64,000 nt of DNA, from the NCBI RefSeq assembly GCF_009914755.1, contig NC_060934.1. One strand, given 5' to 3'. A program made the translations under genes and the position numbers. Below are positions 21,634-36,241 of the stretch, in pieces; position 1 is the stretch's first letter, and each line of letters opens with the position of its first letter. Below the pieces are notes generated by a model that made no database searches, was not told the DNA's origin, and was given only the letters and a program-made list of their open reading frames with translations. The DNA is from the human T2T-CHM13v2.0 reference genome, Homo sapiens.

Positions 21634-24600
21634 TGACAGGCGTCGGGGCGAAAGGAGGCCCCGGGATTCGGTGGCCCGGGAAGCGACCCCGCAGTGGCTC
21701 CGGTGCGGTCCACGGCTCGACTCCAGGGCGGAAGGCCGGGTGTCCAGCGCTGGCCTCGCGCTCTAGGGCTGGGAGAGGGGCGGCCGGCCTGGTCAGCTCC
21801 GGAGGCCCCGGCCCACCGCGGCCCCTGCTGCCCGCTCGGCCTCCGGGCCCGGGACCCGCGGCGCACCCTGCTGACCGCGGACTCGAGGGGGACACTCGCA
21901 AGCTTGGATGGTGGTTTTGGGGGGAATTTTACCGCTCAAGTTCTCCAACTTGGTTGAGGGGTATCTTGGCTACTGTCCCATGTTAGGCACCCAATGACTC
22001 TGGAGGCTGGTGTCAAAACATTCATATATATATGTGTGTGTGTGTATTTTAAATTAAAATTGTATTATTGTTTGAAAGTGCTTTCAATATGAACGTATCC
22101 TAGTATGATTTGTAAAATAAAAAACAGGGTGTGCTTCTCCCCAGCAGTTTCTAGAGATCTAGACTAGAGATCTGAGACTGTCTTACAGTTGGCCATTGCC
22201 TTGCCACATTGCCTCACACTGGAGAGAAAGAGAATGATACGTGTATATTTATAATGGCATTCGCTTCCTGCCTTGTTATGGTATTAAAATACTTAGGATT
22301 TGTTACCAGTACACAAATAACTGACTAATGATACTCTTGTGAATACAGCAGAAGTATGTCTCATTTACATACATGCAAGGATATATACTTCTTAATCCCC
22401 AAGAGCATGAAATTTGAAAATGTAAATTTGGAATGAGTGTGTTAATTTTCAAAAATCAGAGTTAGTTATACTATTCTTTCAATTTTTTATAAATTTGAGC
22501 TTTCAGGATAAAAAGTTTTTAAAATAAATATGTTATACTTAAAGCTGAATTGTTAACGCCGTCTGGGCAAGATAAAAGCAGCAAAGAGCTGGTAAATTAT
22601 TTTGAAGATTTAAAAACTCACCAAATTAAAACTGCTGTGTAACCCATTGTTTTAGAAGAAAGACCTGTATTATTTCCCTTCATCTTTATGCACTTTTTGT
22701 TTTAACAATATTGATAAAACTCCGGTGCCCAGCAGTGAGACCGTGTACAGGCAGCAGTTTACATTTACGAGAGATTAGTTGTATATTTATTCTTGAAAAT
22801 TAGTACAAGAGGCTGTAATTAGCTGGGATGGGCACAGTTACATATACCTTTTTGTGTGTCTGTTCCACCCATTTTTGGGTGAAACTGACACTCATTTCAA
22901 ACCACCTTTCTTAGGAGTCTGCGTGGATGTACATGATCTTTAGTGTGGTTTACAACTATTATTTTGAAGCCTTCTTCCTGTAGACATAGGGATAGTGGTA
23001 TCTGTTGGCAGCCTTTGTTGTGAGTGAAGATCAAGTTTGAACATAAACATTCCCAGCACTTTGTTCTCAGCATGAAACTTACCCAGCAAGTTGAGATCTT
23101 CCTGTACCCACCTGGTGCATGGGTTAGGCTGTGATTTCATAAACCTTATTAAAAGAAAAAAAGCAGGTTTAGTTACCATTATTCTTGTCAGCAAATACAA
23201 AGAACTACTAAATCAGAAGTCTGATGCTGGGAAGATTTATTTGAAAATTTCACGGTCAAAATTTTAAAGTTGAAATGTCCTTGAAGATCTCTTATGTTAG
23301 GCTTCTTTATTTTCTGAAACCCAGAGAGTTCAGGTGTGACTTTGAAGGTCATCCAGCTAGTACCAACAACAGGGAGAGAACTAGTGTCAGGAAAGTCCTA
23401 ATAAGAGGCAGTGTGTCTCTTCAGAAGTTGGAAGTGAGTGTTTTGGGAAACTGAAGCGTGCAGGCTAGAATACTTGATTATTTTTGTGCCCTCCTGGCCA
23501 CCAAGTTATTGGGTCACTGACCTCTGTGCTGAGGTTGCTTGGATTTTGATGATGGGACTGATGAACTCAAGAAAAGAGTTCCCTTTACCAAGTGAATGAC
23601 TTGAGACTTGTCAGCATGGCACCAAAACTTAAGGAGAAAACTAACATTCAGCCCATGAGCTGTTTGTGCTTCATTGCTTTCAATCCTGTGCTTTGACACA
23701 CACAATATCAGGTTGCACTTGTGTGAGTTACACCTTACTGGAGACTAAATGTAGTGGAAAATCCTTGAATATCATTTTGTATTTGAAATTGGCTTCTCAA
23801 TGCATAATGAGAAAAAGGCCCTTGCAGAAAACAAAGGGCGATTTTGGAGGAGCTGAGCTGAGGCCCGTCTGAGCATCATCATCTTCAAGAGGAAATGCTG
23901 TCAATCAGTAAAAAGCTGTTCATTGAGCATGAGGAGCTCAAGAGACGACCTCTCTTTTGGGGGAGGACTCAGCTTCAGGATGTTTAAAATTTAATCACGT
24001 TAGTAAGAAAATGGAAAGAAAAGACTAGACCTTTGTATTTTATTTCGTCTTCTACTGCCGTCTTGCAGTTGATCTTCCGCCTTCTCCTGAAGTAGTTAGG
24101 ACAACTCCCTGTTTTCACAGAGGGGCAGAGCGAAAGCAAGTATCTTCTGTCATTGCTGAAGCAGGACGGCTCCCGGCAAAGATGCTGGGCTTCATCCAGC
24201 CCCATTCTAAGCAGCTGGGCCTCCCCACCTGCAGTCTTCCTGGATTTTGATTTTCTGCACACTTGGGCTTCCCACTAATTTGGCAAGTTCATACCAGTCC
24301 AGGCCCCTTCCTGGCAGAGGATGGCATTCAGTGCTGGTGCAGCCACTCCTCCAGGCTCCTCCCTGAATAAACAGAGGCCGGATGTTCTGGAGTGCTGTTC
24401 CCGCCAGGCCTCCTTGGGATGAGAGGGAGACCTTCCTCCCTCATGGAGCAGGGCCGCTCTAGCTCCATGGATCTTGGGGGTTACCAGTCTGGCACTCTCC
24501 AGGGAGTCCTGTTAAGAACACAGATTGTGGCTGTGTCTCATCGCCTCCCTGCCCCAACCCCATGTTCAAATCTGAATTGCTCAGTGTAGGGCCCAGAAAA

Positions 24601-25946
24601 CTATTAAGTCCAGAAAGCTTTTTTGGTGGTTCTGATTCTGCTGCACTGGCAGTGGGAGCCACGGATGGTCAGTGATCCCATTTTGGGGAGGAGGAGCTGC
24701 GGCTTAGTGCCTCCTGAACATCTATCCTGCAGAGCATTTTCCCAAGCCTCCATTTTCCTTCTTGGGGAAACTCCCCAGGTACGCGGGCTTCTGGAGGTGT
24801 GAATATGGGGATGACATGGGAAGCGAGCCGAGACAGCACCTTGCAAAGTCTGGCAGGGTGGCTGGCAGTGCGAGAGTGGGGAGGTGGTCCAGAGATCTTC
24901 CTGGACCCCAGGAAGAAGCAAGCCAGAGCCTTTTCTTTTTGTCTTGCCCATCTGGCAGAATCTCACCATAATCATTTAACAGATTATACTCAGGCACTGT
25001 GACAGGGAGATAGAAACATCCTTTCAGATAACACTGGAAATGTTTCGAGTTATGATTGAAGTAGAGAGACCCATTTATTTTGCTTAAGGTTCAGCAGAGC
25101 CTCCTGAATTTTCTTAAAGATGAGATCGTTTTGCTCTTTCCAGATCTATTGCAAGCTGTTATGCCTCTTAGCAGAGGCGGAGCACAATCAGGAAATGAGT
25201 GGCCGTTCTCTCCTTCGTATTTCCAGCAAGTTGCAGTTGTGGCTGAGCAAGTTCCTGTGCGACTGCATGAAAGTGATTTGTTGGGGGGCAGATGAACAGC
25301 ATGGCCAGATGCCTTGGAGCCCAGCTCATCCAGGACTTTCATTTTCCCCTCTGAAGAACAGCCTGTGTTGTTCACATGAGAACCGACTGCACCTCCGAGA
25401 ACATCATTTGTCCCGTTTTGTAGGGTAGATTTGCCCTTTATGAGGGTGGAGCCTGTACACAGGACCTGCGGCAGCGTTTGACGTTGGCCAGGGCTGGGAA
25501 GGCTTAACTGTTGGATGCTATCAGGGCTGCTTGTGAGTCAGAAAGCTTCATACCACCCATGAGGCTTGCTTAGTGCTGTCCTCGTTTCTGGAATGACACA
25601 CAGTCACCTTATATAAACCACTCTACATGTTTATTACTTTCTATTGACATTTAAAAATGATGTTCTGATGTTTATCATCCAAAGTAGAAAACCATTCATC
25701 ATCCAGACCTACTCTTTCTCCTTTAAGTTTTGCTGTTTTAATATTGCTCTTAAATGTTTAAGAGAGCTTACAGAAGAAACTGAAGACAAAGGCCTTGCTT
25801 ATTAGGATCTTTGAGACCCTCTGGCACTGGCGAACACGAGTGAACCCTGTGTCACACTTGACCGTGTTATTCTCCAGCCCCTCCTGGGTTCCCTTTTGTT
25901 GTGAGTCAAGTAGACACCTCTGATCTGCTTCTGCCTCAGAGCATAG

Positions 25947-26138
<192 letters not shown>

Positions 26139-26595
26139 TGAGGCAGGCTCCAGAGCCCCTTGTTTTGCAGGTGCAGGATTCATCTGTATGCATCATGTGG
26201 CACATGTGATACCATGTGAGGTATCTGGTGTTACTAAGTCGTCACGTATTTCGATGAAGGTATCTTTGGGACCTTGGCAGCCTTTTAGGAAGCCAGGCAG
26301 CTTGCAAAAGCTTAGGAAGAATTTGGGGGGAGAGGAATGAATGTAGTATTTTTCTGTCTGTCAACACACACACATATATATATATATGTGCCAGATATGA
26401 GTGGGTGCTTTTGGTAACCTTATCTCTAAATCCTCACCAGCTCTTTGAACTAGAAACTATGAAGTGTCTTACACATGGGACAGCAGATTTGGAGAGGCAG
26501 TGTGCCTGGCCTGTGATAAACAGAAAGACTTCTGTGGCTTTACCCCCATCTGAGTTCCTGAAGGGGTGACAGACAGACTTGCCTTTAGCGGGCCT

Positions 26596-26643
26596 GGCTG
26601 CTTTATACTCCCCAGGCACGGCTGCTTTATACTCCCCAGGCAC
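26596..26643. repeat. Perfect 24-bp tandem duplication
   Basis: ggctgctttatactccccaggcac x2. Confidence 0.95.
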
Positions 26644-28046
26644 AGCTTGAGGTGATAAACAGCCCTGAGTCCATATTTGTACAGTTAATCAGAAATGTTG
26701 GCCTGTTTCTTGAACCTGGGTCTGGATTTAGGAGATGGGCCCGACTCTTTACTCACTCCTTTACCCCATCTGAAATTCACTGAGTGCCCACAGTGTGCGA
26801 GTCACAGTGTTAAATGCCATATAGAGGACAAGTCTGCCCACTTTGAGACTGTTCTCCACAAAGCATGTCCTGCCTCTCCCTGGTCCGAAGCAGGCTGTCT
26901 CTCTTCTGGAACCCATATTATTTTAATTTGAATCTTTTTGCTTAAGCTCTGCACTTTTCTGCTTTGTCTTGGGGTCACACCCCTGTTAGGAGTTCTGGGG
27001 CAGAGTCTGTGTGCTTCATCGCTGCCTCTTGATGCCTGGCAGGGTCCACAGGCTCAGAAAAGATGGAACGAGTGACTGTGGAGAAGGGTAGAACATGGGC
27101 CTGCCCAGAGCGCGAAGGCAGATACAGAAGAGCTGCCCGTGAAGGATGCAGGTGTGTCCCGGGAAGCCTTCCATTGGTTCCTAAGAACTGCAGAGTTGTC
27201 CTGGGCTCCTAAAGGTCCCCAGAGGCCTGCTCCTTTTTGTCACTTTGTGAATGGCCTTCTCTGCACAAAGGACTTCAGTATTGATTCCCTAAGTTCATCC
27301 TTACAGGTCTGGAGAAGCTCTTTTTTGTTTCTCCCAATGACACAGCATCTTACAGCAGGGCTGGAGAGGCTGGGAGCTGGCAGCAGCCAGACCCTACTTC
27401 CATAGCTGGGCAGAGAGCAGCCCCTGGCACTGTGAAAAGAGTCTCTTAAAAATTTTTTTTCGTGTGGCTGGCAGCAAGATCAGACACCGTATACGTGAAG
27501 GTTCTTATTCACTGTCAATTCAGAAAAGCCTAGAATCGCAGAGTGCCAGCTCTGTGCGTCAGGAGCCTGTAAACAGCTCAGCTGTCCAAGAGCTCCCAGC
27601 ACAGAGCTGTGCCCCAGTGAACTGGGGAGACTTTTTACGGAAAATTCCTTAGCATTCAATTGGAGAACAAACGTTTGCTGTTTTAAAGTATCTTCCTCAG
27701 TGTTTATTAAAGTAGAATTATATATTTTTTTCAGTTATTTAAAAAATTCTTCCTTGACATTGAATGAATGAATAAATGAATGGATGGTTTAAAAATTCAT
27801 ACAGTGGGAGGATGGGAAGGCCCCTTCATGTGCAGAAGAAAAGCCAGCCCCTTCGCTGGCCCACCCTTTCAGGGTCAGTTCAGACCCCCAGCATCCCAGC
27901 GGGGTTAGCACTCCTTCCTGGGTTGGACGGTGTCTTCCCCGGTTCTGACAGCGCTCCATGCCGGGCGTCCCTGCAGTCTTGGGGCTGTGGTGACTCAGAA
28001 TTAAGCTGAGTGCTCTCACTCTCGTGTGCCCTGCCTGGCTGGCCTG

Positions 28047-28057
28047 ATGACTCAGCA
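28047..28057 (+). promoter_or_regulatory. Consensus NRF2/sMAF antioxidant response element in intron 1
   Basis: ATGACTCAGCA, an exact RTGACTCAGCA match. A second TGACTCA lies at 27991. Confidence 0.55.
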
Positions 28058-29650
28058 TGGAGCGCTGGCTCCCTGACCCAGAGCACACTTGAACTGAATG
28101 TTCCAGGTCTGAGCCTCAGCCGAGCGTGGCTGGGCGAAATGGAAGCCTTTCTCTCCTGCTGCCTCTCCTGCTGCATTTTACCCCGGGAGATGAAGGTTTT
28201 GGAGACGTTAGTGACACATGGATGTTATCACAGTGTACAGCTGTGACAGGAGTAGCAGAAAGGTTAGCATCTACCTGGCCTTACCATCAGACAAACCTGG
28301 GTTCTAGAGATCTTAGGCAAAGCACTTACCCTTCTTGAGCCTCAGTCTCCCGTTGTGTGAAGTGGGCATAGCAACACTTCTGTTAGCAGGGTTGGGAGAA
28401 TCAAGGAAGATGGTGTGTGGGAGGCGAACGTCCCAAAGCCTGAACTGATGCATGCGTGGAACTCCCGGAAACATATGCAGCCTGCTCTGTGGAGTAGAAG
28501 TGTGTTTGTGGATAGGTGTGTGGCCTCTCCACACAGCAGACTGTCCTGGCTGTCCGTGGGCCTTTCAGCTCTCAGAGAGGCCTGGGGTCTTGTTTCTTAG
28601 AAGCAAGGCCTCCTCTTATCCCCCTTGTATGGAGTGTAGCTGACTCCCCCGACCAGTGTCCAGGTGGCCCTTGGAGCCCTCCCTGGGGCTTCCCGTGCCC
28701 CTTGTGAGTGGAGGATGTAAAGGAACAGTAACAGATGAAGCTGCGGGGCCTTCGGGAGCCTTGACCCAGCTGCCAGACCCTGCGCCATGCGTCCATAGAT
28801 GCATCTCCCCATCCTCTGCCCAAGATAGGCTGGGTCCTTGTGTCCTCCACTGTGCTGTGTAGAGCACTGGCTTTACTCAGCCTCAGCTCCTCAAGGGGAG
28901 GGTCTCCCTCAGCTGTGTCTGTGCAGCCGCAAAGTACCAGGCAGGAGCTAGGAGCGCTGCCTGTGAGGGGGGACATCAGCCCACCTTACTGAGGGGCCGA
29001 TTACCTGCACAGCTCTTCTGGACCCAGCTCTCAGGGGTGTAAATGTCACCGCAGATGGAAGGAAGGAGGGGTTTTCCAAGTGCCACCACCCTCTTCTGGG
29101 GGGTGTGGCTGCTGTGGACCGAATGCTTGAGAAGCCACTGCAGGTGGGAGCAGAGCCCCCCCGGGACTCAGGGGTCTCACCGTCCATCAGAGAGGGTCCC
29201 CTTGCCTGCATGGCAGCTGATGAACTGAGGATGTTTTTCTTTTGGAAATTGTATTTTGTACAGAATACACGTCCGCTGATGTCCTGTACACTGAGACCTA
29301 ACAGGCACTTGTAGGGTCGTGTCTGGAGGATGGACTTGCCAGGTGGCTGACCATTCCATTTAGCATGGAAATGTAGCAGATGAGAGAGGTCCTTTTCCTT
29401 GACTCTGTCTAAATTCAGAGTTTGCTTCCTGGGATGGAAATTTCAGATAGTTTCCATCTGTGATTTGTGACTTTGGCTTGATTAAAGCAGGTGGCTCCGC
29501 TCTTTTTTTTTTCCCCTGAAGAAGAGGTAGGTAGGTTCTAACATGCCCTGAAGCTAACTTCATGTGACCTTGGGCCACATTCCAGTTCCTACCTCTGCCA
29601 CATGGAACCCGTGAGGCAGGCTGCAGGGCTGGGGCTGCAGGGAGGCTGGA

Positions 29651-29661
29651 TGCTGACTCAG
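29651..29661 (-). promoter_or_regulatory. ARE/MARE-like site in intron 1
   Basis: TGCTGACTCAG on +, i.e. CTGAGTCAGCA on -. Confidence 0.45.
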
Positions 29662-30569
29662 GTGCCCCCAGCAGGGGAAATACCAGCAGCTGCGGATGGT
29701 GCCTGGCCTGGAGACGGCTGACGTGTGCCCTGGTGAGGGGCCATCGAGGATGTTGAGGAGACGCCAGCAGATGTTCTGCTCCCAGGCGGACCCTTCTGTG
29801 CCCCAGCCTGGCCTGGCTTTTCTCTCTAGGCCTCAGGGAGATGTGTCAAGGAACCACAGTCAGTGCGGCTGGGCGCCCTGCTCAGCCAGGAGTTTGTCTG
29901 CAGAGCAGGCCTCTTCCCCAGAGCAGCGGCCCAGCCTGTTGGAGAGGTGGGTCGTTTAGGGCTCAGGTCCCTAGAGTTGTCTTTGGCTCTTTGCTTCCAG
30001 GCTGTGAAACTTTAGATAAAGTCTTAAGCAGAGAAAGTGACATCCTTGCTAATTAGTCCTCTTAAGACTCTCAGATAAAGGGGCTTCTAATTCTAACTGT
30101 CTTACTACCAACTTGGTGAGACAGACTAAAGAATTAGGCTTTGTTGAACAGGGCGCGGTGGCTCACACCTGTAATCCCAGCACTTTGGGAGGCCGAGGCA
30201 GATGGATCACTTGAGCCCGGGAGTTCGAGAGCAGCCTGGGCCCCATAGTGAGACCTTGTCTCTAAAATAAATAAATAAATAAATATTTTTTTAAAAAAAG
30301 AATTAGGCTTTGTAAACGGTAAGCCCAACCAGCTAGTGCTGGAGAAAAGCTGAGTCCATCAATAACTATTTGTGGAATAAAGAAATGCAATTGTGGCTGG
30401 GCGTGGTGGCTCACGGCTGTCATCCCAGCACTTTGGGAGGCTGAGGCAGGAAGATCACTTGAGATCAGAAGTTCGAGACCATCCTGGCCAACATGGTGAA
30501 ACCCCATCTTTACTAAAAATACAAAATTAGCTGGGTGTGGTGGCACATGCCTGTAATCCCAGCTACTCA

Positions 30570-30928
<359 letters not shown>

Positions 30929-31574
30929 TCATACCTTATTTCACTTAACTCTTGCAAAAACCCCTGGGAAATATGGGGATCTTTACAGCTGCGGAAACAG
31001 TAGCAAGGAGTCCTGTCCATGGTCACACAGCTGGTGAGCATCAAGGAGGGACTGGAACCCAGGGTGGCACCTTGAAGACCCGGGCTCATGCTGGTTCATT
31101 CCTGTTTATTTGGACACAGCTGCAAAGAGAAGCAATGTTGGTTTCATCTTCTAAAAAAATTTTTTTTCCCATTGAAAACACATAGGGACAGTCATCTGTT
31201 TATTCCAGGATAAAATGTATATATATTTTAGTAACAGGCATATTAGATAAAGCCTCCAGTAGCCTGTGACTTATGATAGTTTATAGAGTATGTGGTTGGC
31301 ACACACCTCTTGTCTTACCAGGAGTCTTTGGACAAAGCCAAACTCCTCAGGTGTCCTGTAAGTGGAATGTGGACTTAGTTTATTATTCAGAATTTTCCCC
31401 AACTCTATTATGTGCCCAAAATAGTGCTGGGGGAGTGGGAGAGACCCTGTATTACAATCCAGTGGGGACTGAAGGGATTTTGACTTTGGCTGTAGGGATG
31501 TTAATGGCTGTTTATTGTGTATTTCAGTATCAAATGGGCAGTAATACTTAATTCATTCATGCACCCCATCATAG

Positions 31575-32019
<445 letters not shown>

Positions 32020-32379
32020 TAATTTTGATCCAGGCCTTAGCCATATGGGGAGTTCCAGGATTTCTGTGTTCTTGCATCTTTTTTCTTTGTTTTAGAAGTT
32101 TTGAAGTGTTCACTTGACCCATGTGAAGGCTCTTCTGGCCTAAAAACCCAGTTAATACAGTCTGTGTCCTACTTAATACCCCAGGCCTGCCAAGTCGGAA
32201 GTGCTACGAGACAGCCCTAAGAGTTGCCTTTGTTACTGTTTCTCCTAGTTCAGACCAGAGTGATGGAAGCTGTGGTTTGTAGATGTGGAGCCCACTTTTT
32301 AAAGAGCACTGTACCTGGCCAGGCGTGGTGGCTCACGCCTGTAATCTCAGCACTTTGGGAGGCCGAGATGGGCAGATCA

Positions 32380-32571
<192 letters not shown>

Positions 32572-33439
32572 CTAGGCGACAGAGCGAGACTCTGTCTCAA
32601 AAATAAAAATAAAATAAAGAGCACTGTACCATGGAGCCAAGATTGGGGCTCACAGAAGGTGCCCATTTTCGGGTTTCAGTGACCACTCAGTGTGCAGGGA
32701 GTCAGTTGTGGGTGGGTCAAGGTAGATTCTTCTCCACGGCTCTTTCATGAACATGTGCCTGGCGTACGCCTCTCTAGGCAGACACCTTGCAGGTGCCCAA
32801 GGGTTGTGGTTCCCACCCTGCTTTTAGGGCACAGGGTTGGGGGTTAGAGGCTTCCTTCTCTTCATTTGTTTTTGGTTTTGTTTTTTTGTTGTTTTTTTAA
32901 GACAGAGTCTCACTCTGTCGCCCAGGCTGGAGTGCAGTGCTGCAATCTTGGCTCACTGCAACCTCTCACCCCTGGGTTCAAGCGATTCTCGTGCATCATC
33001 AACTTCCTAAGCAGCTGGGATTATGATGCCCACCGCCACGGCCAGCTAATTTTTGTATTTTTAGAAGAGACAGGGTTTTGTCATTTTGGACAGGCTGGTC
33101 TCAAACTCCTGGGAATGGATCTGACCTCAGATGATCCACCCGCCTCGGCCTCCCAAAGTGCTGGGATTACAGACATGAACCACCGGACCCGGGCCCTCCT
33201 CTTCATCTGGGACATGAAACTTTGGGGTGCTCTGAGTTCTGGCAGTTCTGATATGATTTGAGTGTAGTTAGGAGTAGTCGTTTTTAGATTTCTGTGACAT
33301 TAACTTTTCCTTGTTTGGGGGCTTGTATAGCTGTTGAGAGCTTGAAGGGACTTTGGAAATCAGGCCACGCAGAGTGTCAGAGCTGAAAGGAACTTTCCAT
33401 CATCGTTTTTCTCACTGCGGACCTTTAGGCTTCCTCACA

Positions 33440-33535
33440 CACCTACGGAATCAGACCTACTTGGGTTGGGCTTAAGAGTCTGCAATGTTTGCATTTCCTG
33501 GGTGCTTCGATACCCCAAGTGCTGGAGAACCACTG
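33440..33535. mobile_element. MER5-like hAT fragment
   Basis: gaatcagacct...ctgcaatgtt...gagaaccactg terminus. Confidence 0.45.
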
Positions 33536-34665
33536 CTTTCTAGAACATTTTTGGGCCTCCCCTTCATTTTGCAGCTGAGAAAACGAAAGTTCACAGAGGG
33601 CATGTGAGCCACTTCCGTAACACATGTATTTAGGGGCAGAGCCAGCGTTAGGACCAAGTGCAGCCTCTTCCGAGCTCTCCTGCTGTTCCCTCAGCGCCCA
33701 TGTTGCTGCTAAAAACCACTAGTGCAGTTTAGACCTGCTCTTAAGCAAACGAGCCCAACAGCTCACCAAAGCTCAGAACCTGACCTCAGGCTTTCTCTAA
33801 TCATAATATCTTGTACATAATAGGGCACATTTTGACTCATCTGGGGTCATTTTTTTCCTGCTTTCTATCTTGGCCATCTCATGGAGTTGTTTGGTGCCCT
33901 GAGACATGCCTCAGATTTTTCAGATTTTTAATGCAATGCACAAACAAGGGGGCAGAATTAGCCAATTCATTTTATAAATTAATATAGTGAGATAAGCAGT
34001 GAGAGTCAGGACTGAGCCCCTGGGCTCTTCTTTCCTAATTGGATTTTGTATAATATGTGTTCCTGATGTCTTTAGCCGAGATAAGGATAATGAGCTCTGA
34101 GCTGCAGGCGGGCCCTGATGAGGTGGCCATGAGGATCAGCAGTCATCTGCTTGGTCACCGTGGTTGCATCCCAGTCCCTGTCCCATGATCACACAGAGCT
34201 GTCCCCCCAACTTTGAGGAGGCAGATTCCGAGCTCCCGCTTGAATCAGGAAGGGGCACATAGTAAGCCTTATCTGAGAGATGCTGGTGTAACCAAGAGGC
34301 ATTATCTGGATGTGCTTGAACTTGAAAACACTTAGTAGACTGAAGAGACATGTTTTAGTCAGATTCTAGAATTATAAATATTACACATTTTTTCTTTTGA
34401 TTCTTTTATTTACAAAATATCTCTCTTTGCTAGATTGTGTTGAAAACACCATAGAAGAGAGAAAGGGCAATTTAACTCTTCCAGGTGGTGTTTTTTGTGT
34501 GTGTGTGAGAGTTTTTTTGGCAGAGTTTCACTCTTGTAGCCCAGGCTAGAGTGCAATGGTGTGATCTTAGCTCACTGCAACCTCCGCCTCCAGCTTCAAG
34601 CGATTCTCCTGCCTCAGCCTCCCGAGTAGCTGGGATTACAGGCACCCGCCACCACACACAGCTAA

Positions 34666-34976
<311 letters not shown>

Positions 34977-36148
34977 TGATCCACCCACCTCAGCCTGCCA
35001 AAGTGCTGGGATTACAGGCGTGAGCCACCGCGCCCAGCCTAATTTTTGTATTTTTTTTAGTGAAGATGGGGTTTCATCACGTTGGCCAGGCTGGTCTTGA
35101 ACTCCTGACCTCAGGTGATCCACCCGCCTCGGCCTCCCAAAGTGCTGAGATGACAGGTGTGAGCCACCACGCCTGGCCCAGGTGGTGTTTTTTACTTAGT
35201 AAAAGCGGAAGCATTTGCTGTTGTGACCCTAATGATAGTGGATGGGAACATTAGAATGTGGCATCAGCATTCCCGGCATAGACCTCATTACGGGTGGGAG
35301 TTTCATTTTTCATTGGAATTATTCATTCATGTAGAAGTGTTTAATTGCCTATTTTGTGAAATTCATGTTTTTTTTTATTTAAAGCAATTTTTTGTTGTTG
35401 TTGTTTTTTTTTAAACAAAACCCCGCCAGAGTAGAAGGGGAGCCTGGAACGTCTTTTAGATGCAGTGCTCACAAGGAGACACTTGGTTTTTTATTAAATG
35501 GCAAAAATGGGTCATTAATTCACCCAAGCCCAGGAATACAGACCTCGGGACTGTTGGAGAAGCAGCCAGGCCGCCCTTGCCTGTCCTGACCGTCTCTGCT
35601 TTCCAGCTGTGCCGGCAGGCTTGGCCTGTTCAGTGGACCTCACGCACGGTGGAGACCTTTCCCCTTCCCCCCACATGCCTCTCATTTTTCTGGGTGCCCT
35701 TTACCCTCCAGGCCCTCTGCCCTGCTTTGTGCTCATCTCCTCCTCCCTGACGTCCTTCTTCACTTCCCAGCATGTCCTGGCTTCTCCTTTCCAGTCCCTC
35801 TGTCTTGCTGAGGCATCTCCTGTGATGGTTGGAACACTCAGAAGGGTGGACCTCAGCCCCCACTTCCAGCCTGGCCCCTGGTCTCTAGCCTCATCTCCCT
35901 CAGCTCAGCACTGACCCCCAAGCCTGCCCCTTGCCACTGCTTCCCACCACTCTTCTGACACCACTGCCCCTGCCTGCAGTGACCACATTCCTTCCCCGTG
36001 GACCAAGCCATGTCTCTGGAAAGGTTGAATATTGGCTCCAGCAAGCAGTCTCTGCTGTCACAGTCTTGTGTGCAGACAGAGTTGTTTTTCCTTCCTCCCT
36101 CTCTCTCCTGTCTTATTCCCCTTCTCTTTTTCAATGGAGGCACAAAAT

Positions 36149-36241
36149 GTGCTCAGCGAGATGCATGAGGTGCTCAGCGAGATGCACGAGGTGCTCAGCG
36201 AGATGCACGAGGTGCTCAGCGAGATGCATGAGGTGCTCAGC
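36149..36241. repeat. 21-bp minisatellite, about 4.4 copies
   Basis: Unit gtgctcagcgagatgca(t/c)gag. Confidence 0.95.

Noticed and set aside
36149-36241. CRISPR-like array
   Set aside because: Head-to-tail repeats without spacers, in human DNA.
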